This document shows positions 25,171-38,119 of a DNA stretch of 64,000 nucleotides, in pieces. A program made the position numbers and the translations under genes. Within the stretch, counting starts at the first letter, position 1. Every line of letters starts with the position of its first letter. Below the pieces are notes generated by a model. The model did not search any database. It was not told the DNA's origin and was given only the letters and a program-made list of their open reading frames with translations. Source of the DNA: Camelus dromedarius (Eukaryota); assembly GCF_036321535.1 (NCBI RefSeq), contig NC_087472.1, forward strand, positions 94,428,001 to 94,492,000, read 5' to 3'.

Positions 25171-27000
25171 CTGAGATATAATTGACATGTGACATTATGT
25201 AAATTTAAGGTGTACAATGTGATTGATACACATATATATCGTGAAATGATTGCCAGAGTAAGGTTAGTCAACATTTTTATCAATTCACAGAATTACAATT
25301 TTTTTTCTGTGTGATGAAAACAGACAGGATCTATTCTCTTAGCAACTTTAAGTATATAATAATACACTATACTCACTATTCTGTATGGCTGTTCCCCAGA
25401 ACTTACTCATCTTATAACTAGAAGTTTGTACACTTTGACCGACATCTTTCAGTTTCCTATGCTCACCCAGGACTTGGCAACCACTAATCTACTTTCTGTT
25501 CTATAAGTTTTATTAGATTTCACATATGAGTGTTGATCTTTCTCTGTCTGCCTTACTTCACTTAGCATAATGCCGTTGAGGTCCATCCATGTTGCCACCA
25601 ATGGCAAGATTTCATTCTTTTTTACGGCTGAATTGTGTGTATAATATACGCCACATTTCCTTTATCCAGTCATAGACATTTAGGTTGTTTTCATGTGTTG
25701 GCTGTTGTAAATAATGGTGCACTGAACATGGAGGTGCAGTTACCTCTTTCAGATAGTGATTTCATTTCCTTCACATATATATACCCAGAAGTGAAATTGC
25801 TGGATCATATGGTGGCTCTATTTTTAATTTTTTGAGGAGCCCCCATACTATTTTCCATAGTGTCAACACCAGTTTACATTCTCACCAACAGTGCACAAGG
25901 GTTCCCTTTTCTCCACATTCTTGCCAATACCTGTTATTTTTTTTTTGTCTTTTTGATAATAGCCATTCTAACAGGTGTGAGTGATAGCTCATTGTGGTTT
26001 TGATTCACATTTCCATAATTAGTGATGTTGAGCATCTTTTCATGTGCCTGTTGGCCATCTGTATATCTTCTTTAGAAAAATGTCTATTCAGGTCCTCTGC
26101 CCATTTTTTAATTGGATTGTTAATTTTTCTGCCATTGAGTTGTAAGAGTTTGCTAATGAATTGTACATTTGGATATTAACTCCTAACCAGGTATATGATT
26201 TGCAGATACTTTCTCCCATTCAGTAGGTTGCCTTCCATTTTGTTGATAATTTCCTTTGCTGTGCAGAAGCATTTTGGTTTGATTAGTCCCAGTTGCTTAT
26301 TTTTGCTTTTGTTGCCTGCATTTGGGGTGTCATATCCAAAAAAATCATTGCCAAGATGCATGTCAAGGAGATTTTCCTCTATCTTTTCAAACTTCTTAGT
26401 CATTATTGGTCTGGTAAGATTTCTAATGATCTTGGTAGGTTTTATGGTTCTAAGAATTTTTTCCATTTCTTCTAGGTTATCCAGTTTATTGGTATATAAT
26501 TGTTCATAGTAACCTCTTATGATCATTTGTGTTTCTGTGATATCAGTTGGATAAATGTCTGCTTTTTCATTCAGAATTTTGTTTTGTTTTGTCTGAGTCC
26601 TCTTTTTTTTCTTGGTTAGTCTAGCTAAAGTTCAGCCAGTTTTATCTTAAAAAAAAAACCTTAGTTTCTTTGATTTTTTTCTAGTCTCTATTTCATTTAT
26701 TATTTCTTCTACTAACTTTGGGCTTAGTTCTTCTTTTTCTAATTCCTTGAGGTGTAAACTTAGGTTGTTTATTTGAATTTTTCTTTTTATTAATGTAAGA
26801 ATTTATTGCTGTAGACTTCCCTCTTGGAACTGCTTGTGCTGTATCCCATACATTTTGGTATGTTGTATTTTAATTTTTGTTTGTCTCAAGATACTTTCTG
26901 ATTTCCTTTTTGAATTCTTCCTTGACCCATTGGTCATTTAGGAGTGTGTCACTTAATTTCCACATATTTGTGAATTTTTCAGTTTCCCTCCTGTTACTGA
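25171..27000 (-). mobile_element. L1 (L1MA9-like) 3'UTR and ORF2 with an internal deletion near 26385
   Basis: ORF 26176-26526 fuses two non-adjacent ORF2 regions (YYEQLYTNKLDNLEEM... directly to ...IEENLLDMHLGNDFF). Confidence 0.85.
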
Positions 27001-27203
27001 AGATTTTCCAGTTTTTTAAAGGTTTGATAAAACATGTGAAAATTTATAATAATAATTGGCTTCTGAACACTGATTCAAAAACTGGCTGATGAGAAAAATA
27101 TTTTTATAATCTCTGATCTTACTGCTCTTGACTAAAGATGACAAACTTTACCATGTGAGATAGAGAAATAATTTGTTTTTTAAATTTATTTTTAAGTTGT
27201 TTA

Positions 27204-27334
27204 GGGGGAGGGTATAGCCCAGTGGTAGTGTGCCTGCCTAGCATGCACGAGGTCCTGGGTTCAATCCCCAGTACTGCCATTAAAAATAAATAAATAAACC
27301 TAATAACCCCCACAAAAAAAACCCTAAGCAAACA
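27204..27334 (+). mobile_element. tRNA-Ala-derived SINE (vic-1 type, long-tail variant)
   Basis: A box tagcccagtgg, B box gggttcaatccc, tail 'aaataaataaacctaataacccc'. TSD taa(g/a)ttgttta at 27193-27203 and 27335-27345. Confidence 0.9.
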
Positions 27335-27467
27335 TAAATTGTTTAATATCTCTGAGTTATATGCAGGTAATTTAGTTTAAGAAGAAAAAGAACATTTGCC
27401 AGGTAGATTTACTTTTGGACCTGCTTTAAGCGAGTTAGAATATGTTATTCATTTTAATAAATTGGTA

Positions 27468-27940
27468 TGTGTTAGGCAGAATAATGTTCCCTAAAGATAA
27501 CTAAATCCTAATCCCTGGGACCTATGAGTATGTGCCCTTAAATGGCAAAAGAGATTTTACAGATGTGATTTAGTTAAAGATCTTGAGATAGGGAGATTAT
27601 ACCATATTGTCTGGATGGGCCAATATAATCATAAGACTCCTTCTGAATGTAAAGTGAAGGTAGGAGGGTCAGTGTCGGAGAGAGATTTGAAGATGTTAAG
27701 TTGCTGGATTTGAAGATGGTGAGCCATGAGCCAAGGAATGCAGATAACCTCTAGCATCTGGAAAAGGCAAGGGAATGATCCTCTCCTAGAGTTCCTAGAA
27801 GGAAAGCAGCCTGGTTGACACCCAGGTATAAGACCGCTTTGTGGACTTCTGACCTCCGGAACTGTAAGATAATCCATGTTTTGTTTTAAGTCACTAAGTT
27901 CCTGGTGATTTGTTGCAACAGCAGTAGGAAGCTAATCTAG
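27468..27940 (+). mobile_element. MLT1D-like MaLR solo LTR
   Basis: 'tgtgttaggcagaataatg...gacttctgacctccggaactgtaagataa...ttgttgcaacagcagtaggaagctaatcta'. Confidence 0.85.
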
Positions 27941-28384
27941 TATGTAAACAGAACTTCTGATCAGGTTTACTGTTGTTTTGTTTTTTTTAAATGGATTTAG
28001 AAAAGAACTCAACAATCATTTTTCCATTATTTACTCTTTAAATAAAGCTTTAACTTTATCCAGCTTGGTTTTACGTAATGCTAATATAGATAAGATTACA
28101 TGTGACATACAACACAAGCCAATCACTTTGGCTGTTTTACTGCTGTAAACTGTCTCAGAAAAACTATTCAGGGGGAACACACATCTACTAGTTTTCTAAT
28201 GAAATAACTTAATCAGCCAAATGTTTATAATCTAACTAATAATAGCAAAGCTGCAAGTAATTTACTCATCTTAATGAAAGTAGTAGTTATGTATTAACTA
28301 GTGCTATAATTTTGTCACATTTTCCACCTGAGACACCTTAAAATATGTTTAGTTTAAAGTAAGCTTAGTGTATTATTTATTTTA

Positions 28385-28540
28385 TTTACTTATGTTTTCC
28401 TTTTTTAATTTTGAGGGGGTGGTAATTAGATATTTGTTTGTTTGTTTGTTTATTTAAATGGGGCTACTGGGGATTAAACCCATGACCTTGCATATGCTAA
28501 ATAAGCATGTGCTCCACCACTGAGCTACACCTTTACCCCA
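28385..28540 (-). mobile_element. tRNA-Ala-derived SINE (vic-1 type, long-tail variant)
   Basis: Antisense body. TSD tattatttatttta at 28371-28384 and 28541-28554. Confidence 0.85.
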
Positions 28541-28610
28541 TATTATTTATTTTAAATGAATATATAACATTCCTAAATAATTTATTAAAACACTATATCT
28601 AAGTTCACTT

Positions 28611-28837
28611 AAAAATTCTTTTCCTTTTTTTAAATTGAAGTATAGTTGATTTACAGTGTATTCTTTTCTGGTATGCAGCACAGTGATTCAGTTATACATA
28701 TATATTTTTATATATACACACATATTCTTTTTCATTGTAAGCTACGACAGGCCACTGAATGTAGTCACCTGTGCTATACAGTAGGGTAGGACCTTGTTGT
28801 TTATTCTGTACATAGAAGTTTGTATCTGCAAATCCTA
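28611..28837 (-). mobile_element. Short L1 3'-end stub
   Basis: TSD atctaagttcactt at 28597-28610 and 28838-28851. Confidence 0.88.
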
Positions 28838-29399
28838 ATCTAAGTTCACTTTAACACTCTATACTAGGTTACATATATAAGAAAACTAGAGTTGTGCGAC
28901 AGAGAAGAAAGTAGATTTGCTACGTATTTTGAACTTGCTAGAATTCTAGCTTTCAAATGTTTTTGAGACTGCTTTTTTCTCCCATATCTATGTCCAAAAG
29001 GCCAAGCTCTGTGTTACTTCTCTCCTGTGCAGTTTCTCTGTGGTTGCCTCCAATAACTTAGATTTATGCTTAGAACTGGTATTCAGCGAGTATTCACATG
29101 TATGACCACTCACGTATCCGTAATGTCTAGTTGTTGCCTGTGCCGCACTGGCTGTTAAATATTTTGAATATCACCATTCTTAAACTTGTACGTATAAATA
29201 CACACAAAAAAGATTTATCTCTCTTTGATACATTCAGTCTTGTATTCTGGAAATAAGAAGAGTCCAAAATGTTGGAATTAATACTTGATTGATCAAGGTG
29301 AAATAGTGTGAATTATTATCATATTTGGATAGCACCTTGACTCAGGCCAAGGCAAAGAATGCCCATTTGGTTCTCAAATCTAGGGTATGAGAATCATCC

Positions 29400-30050
29400 C
29401 ATTGCAGTGGTGAAATGAAGCCTACAACAATTCCATTATTTGCTACAATTGTCAAAAAGCAGCTGGGACCTGAAGATTGTATCAACCTCAGCTTTGCCAC
29501 CATATGATGTGGCATTGGCAATAATTGCTGTTCTTATCAGGTTAAACTAGTTCATGGAAAACCGTACAGAAATAGAGCTATATAATGTTTTCGGGGGAAG
29601 ATGTGGGGGGAATGGGGGTCACACTATCGTATAACCTGGCCATAAGAAGCAGTGAGAGTGGTGTGCATTTTCATGTATGTATAGCAAGTATACAACACCC
29701 ATCAATTCGCCCAAAACTTACTTACAAAACTATGCTGATGTTTACAGTTGTCAGCAGGTCTGTAAGTAGCACATCACATAGACATAAAAATGAAACTTTA
29801 GTGACTTCACTATAGTGATAATGTTCTTCATTTACACTTTGATAAAGGGAAATGGACATGAGTCATTGAACCGAAATTGTCTATTCAATATAGCAAACTG
29901 ACATGGTTTCTTGGAGTTGAGTCAGATGTAACATGTCAAAATATCCCCATTAAAGTAGAAAATAAATTTTGCATTTTGCTTCTTTTACCAAATTCAGCAC
30001 AAGGCTGGTGGGACATTCTGAGTTGTGGCATCAGCATAATCTTACCTGAG
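29400..30050 (+). mobile_element. Decayed ERV-L pol (reverse transcriptase) internal fragment
   Basis: Collinear RT motif remnants: QKAAGT*RL (~29452-29478; cf. VQKTDGSWRM), HYSDNVL (29808-29828; cf. HYIDDIM) and FLGVESDVTCQNIPIKVENK (ORF 29877; cf. FLGVQWCGACRDIPSKVKDK). Confidence 0.7.
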
Positions 30051-30419
30051 ACTGTTGATTGGCTTACACCTGAAGACTTTAAGGTATTGCTATCCTCACT
30101 GGGATCTGCCCTGGGCACAGGTCTTCCAGCAACTGTAAGGAACCCTCCCTTTAGTCCTATAAGCCCTAATAGAACTATAGATCCTTCCACTAATTCCAGA
30201 TGCACTTTGTCACCCTTGATTGCTTCTCATGGAGAACATTCTCAACATTGTCAACACTGGATTGCTCCAATCCGCTTAACATCATGAATGTCTGAGTTAA
30301 AATGATTATTTTGTGGTATGTCATTGTGTATTGGTGTCTGGCAGAGATCGTCAACTAAAGTTAGAGTAAATAAAGAGGGTAGCCTGAAAGGTGGACTACC
30401 ACAACAGTGGCCAAAAAGG

Positions 30420-30660
30420 GATAAACTGATTATGAAAAGCAATAATTAAAACCCAGTGGAACCAAATGCTTCTTTATAAATAAATTTTGTTTCCTTGATA
30501 ATGACAAAGGAAAATCACGTAAAATATGCAAAAGATTTTGATGAACTGATTATAAAAAGCAATAATTACAACCCAGTAGAAAAAAACTGATTATTTGAAA
30601 AAGAGTTTCATGTCTCTAATGATGCTGAATGAATTTGAAAGAAAGCATACCAAAGATAGT
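30420..30660. repeat. 120-bp-period degenerate tandem duplication
   Basis: 30421-30460 and 30541-30580 match at 36/40 positions, with weaker similarity beyond. Confidence 0.8.
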
Positions 30661-31295
30661 TTTGAATTGAATTTCCAGTTATTTTACCAAGAAACCTTTT
30701 TTTTTTTATAAGAATCTTATTTTTAAATGTTGACCCAAATGCAGGTTACTCATCCAAAATTTTGTTTCCCTACGATTCTATAGGACTATCTAAAGTGTTG
30801 GTTAGAGATTCAGCATTTTTGCAGCACTTGTTTGTGAATAGTATCTGATTCCTTTGAAATGAGAGATCCCACTGGGCTTATTTCAAGTGCTAAGTAAGGA
30901 GTGCACTTGATACATGCTCCTCTCTGATTCACACACAAACATGCATGTCACTGATGTACATACAGAAAAACATACACAAACACATCGTAGGGCTTGGTAT
31001 TTGTCCTTGTAAATTCCCAAGCTGCAACATAGAACACACTTTGTGAATCAAAGTAGTGATGCTTCTTTTTCTTTTTTGCAAGAGATATTAGTGATAAGTA
31101 ACAGTTAATGATAAATTACTGGATTTTATTAGTCCCCTATACTGTATTCTGTCTGGTCTTAATTCCCTTTTATCTTGTGGAATATATCACGGATGACATA
31201 AAAAATAGACCCAAAGGGGAACTGACATTAAATTATCAGTATGAAAACTTTGACACATCAACATTTTCTCTGAGTGTAATAGATGTGCTCACAGA

Positions 31296-31893
31296 CTGTT
31301 TTGTTCAGCCCCACCACCGAAGTTCACATCCAGTTGTTTTGCTACTGTTGATTCCTCAGGAGACCCCCAGAAAACTTGTTAATTAAGGAAACAAACTTAA
31401 TTGGATTTACTTCAGTGAAGGAGGACACTATCTTGACAGAGTCTTAATATTATATCAGGACAGGGTGTCAGGAGAGAATATTTATAAGCTCCTGGGGCCT
31501 GGAATCAAGTGATTTAAGGTGAGTTTTCCAAGGCAGGAAACTGATGAAGATCAGCAAAGTGTGGCTATAATAAGTTACAATTGATAAACACCGCTAGGCA
31601 AGTATCTAGACATGAGTCTTGATAAGTCAACTCTTGTTTGATAAGTGAACTGTTTGCTAATGTGAAGTCTGTTATCTTCAAAGGAGATCTGTTTGCCTCC
31701 ATGAATAAACTGTCTTCCTGGCCAAATTGGCTTGTAATAATTTCTTGAAGCAAAATGTGCAGCTATGTATTGGTTTAAAAGTTTCCTAGGGCAAGAAGTT
31801 TCAGACAACAAATATTCAGGTCATGTTGACAAAGATGGTGTCAGTTTTGTCTTAATTATTAAACTATGTTGATGTAGATGGTCCCGATTCTCA
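31296..31893 (-). mobile_element. Probable ancient LTR (LTR78/79-like)
   Basis: ~600-bp TG...CA-bounded block with LTR-like composition. Family assignment is from recall and is weak. Confidence 0.4.
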
Positions 31894-32845
31894 CTAAAAA
31901 TTCATCATAGCAAGTATCTGGAGTCTCCCATTGTGCAATACAGGCGTCTCAGGACATTAAACTAAGCAAAGCTTCCCAGCACTGCCAAGAATCTCCTTCT
32001 AGGCCATTCAATAGGTAAGCTACTGAATGAAAACAGAGCAAATTTGTCTTTGGAGGGAGGCAAAGATCAACAAGCTTGAGAATGTGGCATGAGTTTTTAT
32101 TCAAGGAAAGAATTGATGATCTGAAGGTGAAGAATCAGTTTCTATATAGACATCATGTATTAAACTCTGCTCCATGAGATATTCCATTCTATTTCTACTC
32201 ATTCATATCTTCCCAGAGAATAAGCCCCGTTGCATTTTTTGCAGCTTCCCCAGAATCAACAACTAAGCTTCTGCACTTACTTCTAGTAACCCCCAACGCC
32301 AGCTCCTTTTCTCTGAAATCATCCTTTGGGTTCCCTCTCACATACACTCTCTCTATTCCTTCACCCCCATCTCCTCTTACTTTTATTCCCCCATTTCCCT
32401 TACATAATGAATTAGGATGGCGTTTGATCCCAAAGACCAAATCATGAGCAGCTAAGAAATTATTTTCTCTTCTTTTTGGTAATAAGGTTTTATTTAATCT
32501 TCCAATCCTTCCTAAGGGCGAGGGAAAATAATTATATTTATGCTTCTTTTGTGTAAAAGAAAAAAGAAAACTGAAACTTAAGTTTTCTTTTGTAATACAG
32601 ACTGAATATTCACATCTACAGATGCAAATTTTGTTGTTATTCTGAGAACCAGGGCTTGTAAAAGTTAATATTCTGAATAGCCGAGTGCTATAAGAGGAGT
32701 GTTTGTTGGAAACAGTGCCTTTACTTCATCACCGTCTATATTTTAAAATTAGTTAATAAAACAGAAAGATGCAGGCAAAAATGGTAGAATTGGTGGGTAT
32801 GAAATGGTCACTGGGGAGTGTGTCTGAGCAGGAAGGAAAATGTTA

Positions 32846-32947
32846 TTTATTTATTTAAAAAAATTTAATGGAGGTACTAAGGATTGAACCCAGGATCTCG
32901 TGCATTCTAAACATGTGCTCTACCCCTGAGCTATACCCAACCCCACC
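32846..32947 (-). mobile_element. tRNA-Ala-derived SINE (vic-1 type)
   Basis: Antisense body. TSD aaatgtta at 32838-32845 and 32948-32955. Confidence 0.85.
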
Positions 32948-32985
32948 AAATGTTACAACTTTCAGCAGATACTTGTTATACACTC

Positions 32986-33524
32986 TGTCTGGAAGGGGGA
33001 ATTTCCCCCTCTACCCTTCTTGAGTTCTTGGACTGGACTAATAATAAAATTGACACAAGACAAACAGGTGAAAAAGAAATTTAATTTGTGTGCACAGAGA
33101 TCTTACAGAAATTGAACCCCTGAGAAGCGGTCAAAGCAGGCCACTTTTATACTTTTTAGACAATGAAACAATAACTTTGGGAGGAATTGACAGGACAAAG
33201 AAACTTAGGTTTGGGTGCTTAATTAGTGAGGAACTTAAGCAAAGTTTGGTGTTGGGTAGTCAATTAGTAAGGCAGTAACAGGGTTTGTGTATACCTGCTT
33301 CTCGGCCCTTAATTTCCTATCACTGGGATAAGGGTATCTTTCTACCTTCCAGCGCAGGGAGGGCACCTTTCACGTGGGAGGTTTATTTCCTGCTTTCAGG
33401 GAGATGGAAAAGGAGGGTCAAAGTGTCCCTCTTGCATCAGCCGTTAATATCAAGTAACTTTAAATAAAAAATAATCAGTATGCCATTGAGACATATTTTG
33501 GGGCGGCCTGCCCTAGGCCCAAGA
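32986..33524 (-). mobile_element. ERV1-class solo LTR (MER41-like)
   Basis: 'aaattgacacaagacaaacaggtgaaaaag' and terminal 'catattttggggcggcctgccctaggccc'; ~540 bp. Confidence 0.65.
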
Positions 33525-34125
33525 ATTCTAATCAGTACAAATTCTGTGATATAATCAGTGGGTACTGATGAAGCAAAGACAATCAACGTCTATGAGGCTT
33601 CCTAGGAAATTGATGACTACTGGGAAAAGTGAATCCCATTTTGTCATCAGTTTATCAGGAAGTGACCTCTGTGAAGGTCATATGTACTGCCATCCACTCA
33701 TTTTGTACCCACTTGTAAGGTATGCTCTGAAAGACTCCATTGAGCTTCTCTTAAGGACAGTTTTTAAAAGAGAATTATGGGCAAAATAACTACAACGCCA
33801 ACATTACAATTGCTTCTAATAAACTACGACTGGATTCTATTAGGCTGATATATTACTTCTTCATGAATCTTAAATTAGTTTTATTTTAAAGATAGTAAAC
33901 TTCAATTAAAAAATCATGATTCCCCATGTATCATAAATTTATGTGACACTTGGGGAAATTTCCTGTTGAAAGAATGAGTATTTATTGAACATTAGTATGA
34001 ATAGCACTGAAGTTAATCCCTTTTATTGACATTTTATGCAGAAGTGGAACATAAGAAATGTTGATAGTCATCCTTAACAGTCGATAGTAGACCATAGCTA
34101 TTCGTTTGAATTAAAGAAATAATAA

Positions 34126-34221
34126 GGGGTTGGGGGATGTATAGCTCCATGGTAGAGTCCATGCTTGGCATGTGCAAGGTCATGGTTTCAATCCCCAGTG
34201 CCTCCATTAAGAAGAACAAAA
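34126..34221 (+). mobile_element. tRNA-Ala-derived SINE (vic-1 type)
   Basis: 'tatagctccatggtagag...ggtttcaatccccagtgcctcca' plus A tail. TSD aaataata at 34117-34124 and 34222-34229. Confidence 0.85.
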
Positions 34222-34409
34222 AAATAATAGGTCTGGAAATATTATTTGTGATCCTGAAAAAAGTTCGCAGTGGAAGACCTTTATTTAACCATGGCAACTG
34301 TGCCTTCTCAATGATTCTCACTCCTGATTGTGAGATGATAAAAGTATACACACACACTTCCCCACCTACCCCTAGCTTCTGGTTCCTAGTAAGTTCTACA
34401 ACTATTTCA

Positions 34410-34955
34410 AGTATTTGTTTTCTGTTGTTGCAAAACAGATGACCATAGAGACAGTGGCTTAAAGAACACACATTTATTATCTCACAGTTTCTGTGGGTCT
34501 GGAGTCTGGGCACGGCTTGGCGGGGTCCTCTGCTTAGGCTGCAGTCAAGATATTGGCCAGCTAGAGTCTTATTGGATACTTGACTGAAAAAGAATCTGCT
34601 TTCAAGCTTCTTCAGGCTGTTGACAGAATTAATTTGTTTATGGCTGTATGACTGAGGTCCCTGGCTGCCTACTGACTGTTGGCTGGGGGACAGGCAGCGT
34701 TCCCTCCCATATGGCCCCTTTCATAGGCAGTTAATAACATGGCTCTTTGCTTCTTCAGAGCCATCAGGAGAATCTCTGTCTCTGTCAATCTGTCTGTCTG
34801 GTCTCTCATCTGCTATGACAGATTTATATGTAATAAGACATCATGGGAGTGACATCCTATCACCTTTGTCGTATTGTACTGGTTAGAATCAAGTCACAGA
34901 TTCTGCCTGTACTGGAGAGGATTATTATCACCTTAGAAGGTGTCTTCCATACATC
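34410..34955 (-). mobile_element. MLT1D/E-like MaLR LTR
   Basis: 'gtggcttaaagaacacacatttattatctcacagtttctgtgggtctggagtctgggcacggcttggcggggtcctctgct'. Confidence 0.8.
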
Positions 34956-35409
34956 TAATCCCCAAAATCAACTTTCAGGACACTCTAGAGATTAGAAGGA
35001 AGCATTGCTTTGAGCCAAAACAACAAAAACTGTTGAGAATCCCCTGGGGAGTCACAGGCTCCCTTGAATGGCTTGTGTGTTTACCAGGTGTGCTGCAGCT
35101 TGGGGCAGAGAGCAGCCTGAGACAGCAATGAAATAAAATCACGGAAGGAATATGTTAACTTCTGTTTTTACCGCTCTCTTTTACCTTGTAATAACAGCCA
35201 CTGGCCCTTTAGCGACGAATTCTGCAGCAACAGAATGGCCTACTGGTGTAGAAAATAACAGTATAGGATAAAAGTCCTGTGAGGATGAGTTCAAAATAAC
35301 AGATGTGGGCTAAACAGCCACTTAAGGGAGTTCATTTCTCTGTGCCTTCACACTCCAAGCCTAAAGGCCAGTGCATGATAATCTGGGGAGACCATCTCTA
35401 CCCGGTGTT

Positions 35410-35544
35410 TTTTAAAATTTATTTACTTATTTTTTTATTGAAGTATAGTCAGTTTACAGTGTGTCAGTTATTTCTGGTGCACAGCATAATGCTTCAGTCA
35501 TACATATAGATACATACATTTGTTTTCATATTCTTTTTCATTAT
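35410..35544 (-). mobile_element. Short L1 3'-end stub
   Basis: Near copy of 6120-6230. TSD tctc(t/c)accc(g/a)gtgtt at ~35395-35409 and ~35545-35559. Confidence 0.85.
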
Positions 35545-35749
35545 TCTCCACCCAGTGTTGCTTTTTCTGAAGAATTTAAAATGCAATCCTGGCCAGAGGG
35601 GTTATTTCGTTGAGTGGCAGCAATTGGGAGTGACATACAGTGCTCCTGGGGTTACAGATATTCTGCCTCTCTTTAGATTCACCCTGAGGAACTGTCCAAG
35701 ACCTTGACTTTGACTTTACTTCCAATACTAAGCAGAATGGCTGGCACTA

Positions 35750-36600
35750 CCAGGAAACATGAACTCTCAGACCAAGTATATTAGGCACCCACAGTACAGT
35801 CACCTCAAGAAAAAGGCAACAATCCAAACAACAGGTATATGAAACAGAACAGAAGCACCAAAAGTTTAAGTCTATTGAATAATTAAGAGATGATATAAGC
35901 CATAAAAATCTTTAACAATGAAACTTCAGTAAGAACCAAGTGGAAACATTTGATGGAAATTTACAATATTGAAAATAATAAGAAATAAGAATACAATAGT
36001 TGAATAAATTGTAGGGCAGATATTTTCAAAGAATTACCTGATGAGTTGAAAGGTGAGCTTGATGAAATCTGGATGGCAACCTGAAAGGGAAAATGAGTCA
36101 AAACATAGAACTAAAGCTGAGAGTGAAGTAGACTAGCATTGTGAGTTACAGAAAGAAAGTAAAAGAAAGAGAAGAGGTAATGTTTGAAGAAATAATGTTT
36201 TAAAATTTCCCAGAATTTAAGAAATACAGAGAACAGAACTTTAGATTAACAGTATTTCTTGAGAACTAAGGGGGAAAAAATCCACACCTAGACACATTAT
36301 AGTAATATTTAGTAACACCCCTAAGACACAAATTTTAAATGATCCTAGAGTTAAAAAAAAATATCTGCAGAAGAATAAGGATCAACCATTATATCAGAGT
36401 TATCAATAGCAAAATTGAACACAAAAATGAATGTTATAAAAAATGTTTAGATCAAGAATGCAGTATTGAGCCTCATAGTCATTCAGATGTGAGGGCATAA
36501 TAAAAAAATTTTAAATGATGTCAGAATGTTTGCCAAAAAAGAAAGATAATATAGAAATACTTAGAAAAATTATAAGAGAAACGAGTCCAGTAATACTCTT
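35750..36600 (+). mobile_element. Ancient L1/HAL1 ORF1-region remnant
   Basis: A-rich; 'gtttgaagaaataatgttttaaaatttcccagaatt...aaatccacacctagacacattatagt' resembles L1 ORF1 motifs. Confidence 0.55.
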
Positions 36601-38119
36601 CAATATGTAAGAGATATAAGGATAGTATAATCCTTTAGCAGACTTTTTGTGGTCTTAAAAATAAATAAAAGTTACAGAGAGATAAAAATTATGTATATAA
36701 TACCAACCTAGAAATAAAAATCCAGACAAACAATATAATGGAAGATTTCAGGGGCAAATATAAAAGGGACAAATTTAAATACCTGCCTCTTAAATATCTC
36801 ATTGTTAAGGGATAAAGATTTATAGGTTTAAAACTTCAAAATGGAAGGATTTTCATTTTTATTCATGTTTGGGTATAGAAAGTCACAAGAGAGTATTGCC
36901 CTCACCCTGAGAACCAGAAACTGAAGACACAAAGAAACTTACATGAACTAAGCTCCAAAGAGTGAAAAGCCATTCTTAGCTGAAAAGAGACCCATGGCTG
37001 TTCTCATGCCTGGTGGAAAGGAGGAGGAGGAATCTACCACAGTTGTGGGTGCCTGTGAGGCGAAACCAGCTGAATTTTAATGTTGGGTAATAAGACAAAT
37101 TCGAATACGGAGGTTCCTCAGCCAGAGAGCAACTGTACACCCATCTGTCAACACTGAGGTTGTTCCTGAATGCTCAGTTGTAGTGCACTGTATACTAATG
37201 TGATTTAGAAAATAGATTTAATTGATCAGTTTCTAGAAAAACATTATACACACACAGATCACATTGATTGATCTCTACCATACAGCTTTAGAAAGTGAAT
37301 ATGATCAATATTTTTAAAATCCCACTGAACAATATCAGAGACTATGATCAATATATGTGAAATTCCTATTCTCGGGAGGAAAATGCTATCCAAGATTGTC
37401 CATGGGTTATTTGTTTTATTTCAGTTTTATAAGGTGTCATTATATTAGCAAGTTTTTAACCTTGATATGGTTGGAGTCACATTATTCTTTTGATGTAACT
37501 TTCTTTCAAATTCAGTAATATATTCACTATTTTTTGATTTGTTATTGTTTCTCATTAATTTTCACATAGTGTTCAGTCCAGTGAATGTACCACAGCATAG
37601 TTATTCATTCTTCTGGTGACAGTCATCTGGACTGTTGTAGGTTGCCTGCTACTACAAACTATGCTACTATGAAAATGTTTACTTTTTCCTTTGTGCAAAT
37701 ATGCGAACATTTATCTAGGTTATAGATGCATAAAATTGGAATAGCAGATATTTAAACAGTTTTAAAGATATGTATACTTCTTTAAGAGAGTTTCTGATGA
37801 AGTATTTTTTGGCAATGCAAGATACAGCCAAACTTTTATTAAGGTTTTACAGTCTTGTAAAATTATATCTTAGAGTAGTTTTTTAAAATTTTTTACCTGA
37901 TTATTAACAGAATTGAATGTATTTTCTTATACTTACTGGTTATGTTTTCACTTCTAGGGAATGTCTGCTAAAAACTCCTGTTACATTTTTCTAGAAGATA
38001 CATTGTCTTATTGTTTGACAGGAGTTCATCATATGTTCTAAATGAAGATTTCATTTCGTTATGTATGATAGGATTATCTTTCCCCATTTTTTTGGCCTTG
38101 TTTTTAAATTTCGCAGACT

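Noticed and set aside
27204..27279. tRNA-Ala(AGC)-like gene, and four similar copies
   Set aside because: Mismatched stems, extra 5' G leader, A-rich tails and TSDs identify them as SINEs, not functional tRNAs.
32986..33524. Possible interferon-responsive GAS sites in the MER41-like LTR
   Set aside because: I found no TTCNNNGAA match on reading this copy.
34034..34513. Longest ORF in the window (159 aa)
   Set aside because: Runs across an MLT1 LTR, unique DNA and an antisense SINE, so it is a chance ORF.
35195..35222. Possible CTCF motif (reverse strand gtcgctaaagggccag)
   Set aside because: Mismatches at core positions.
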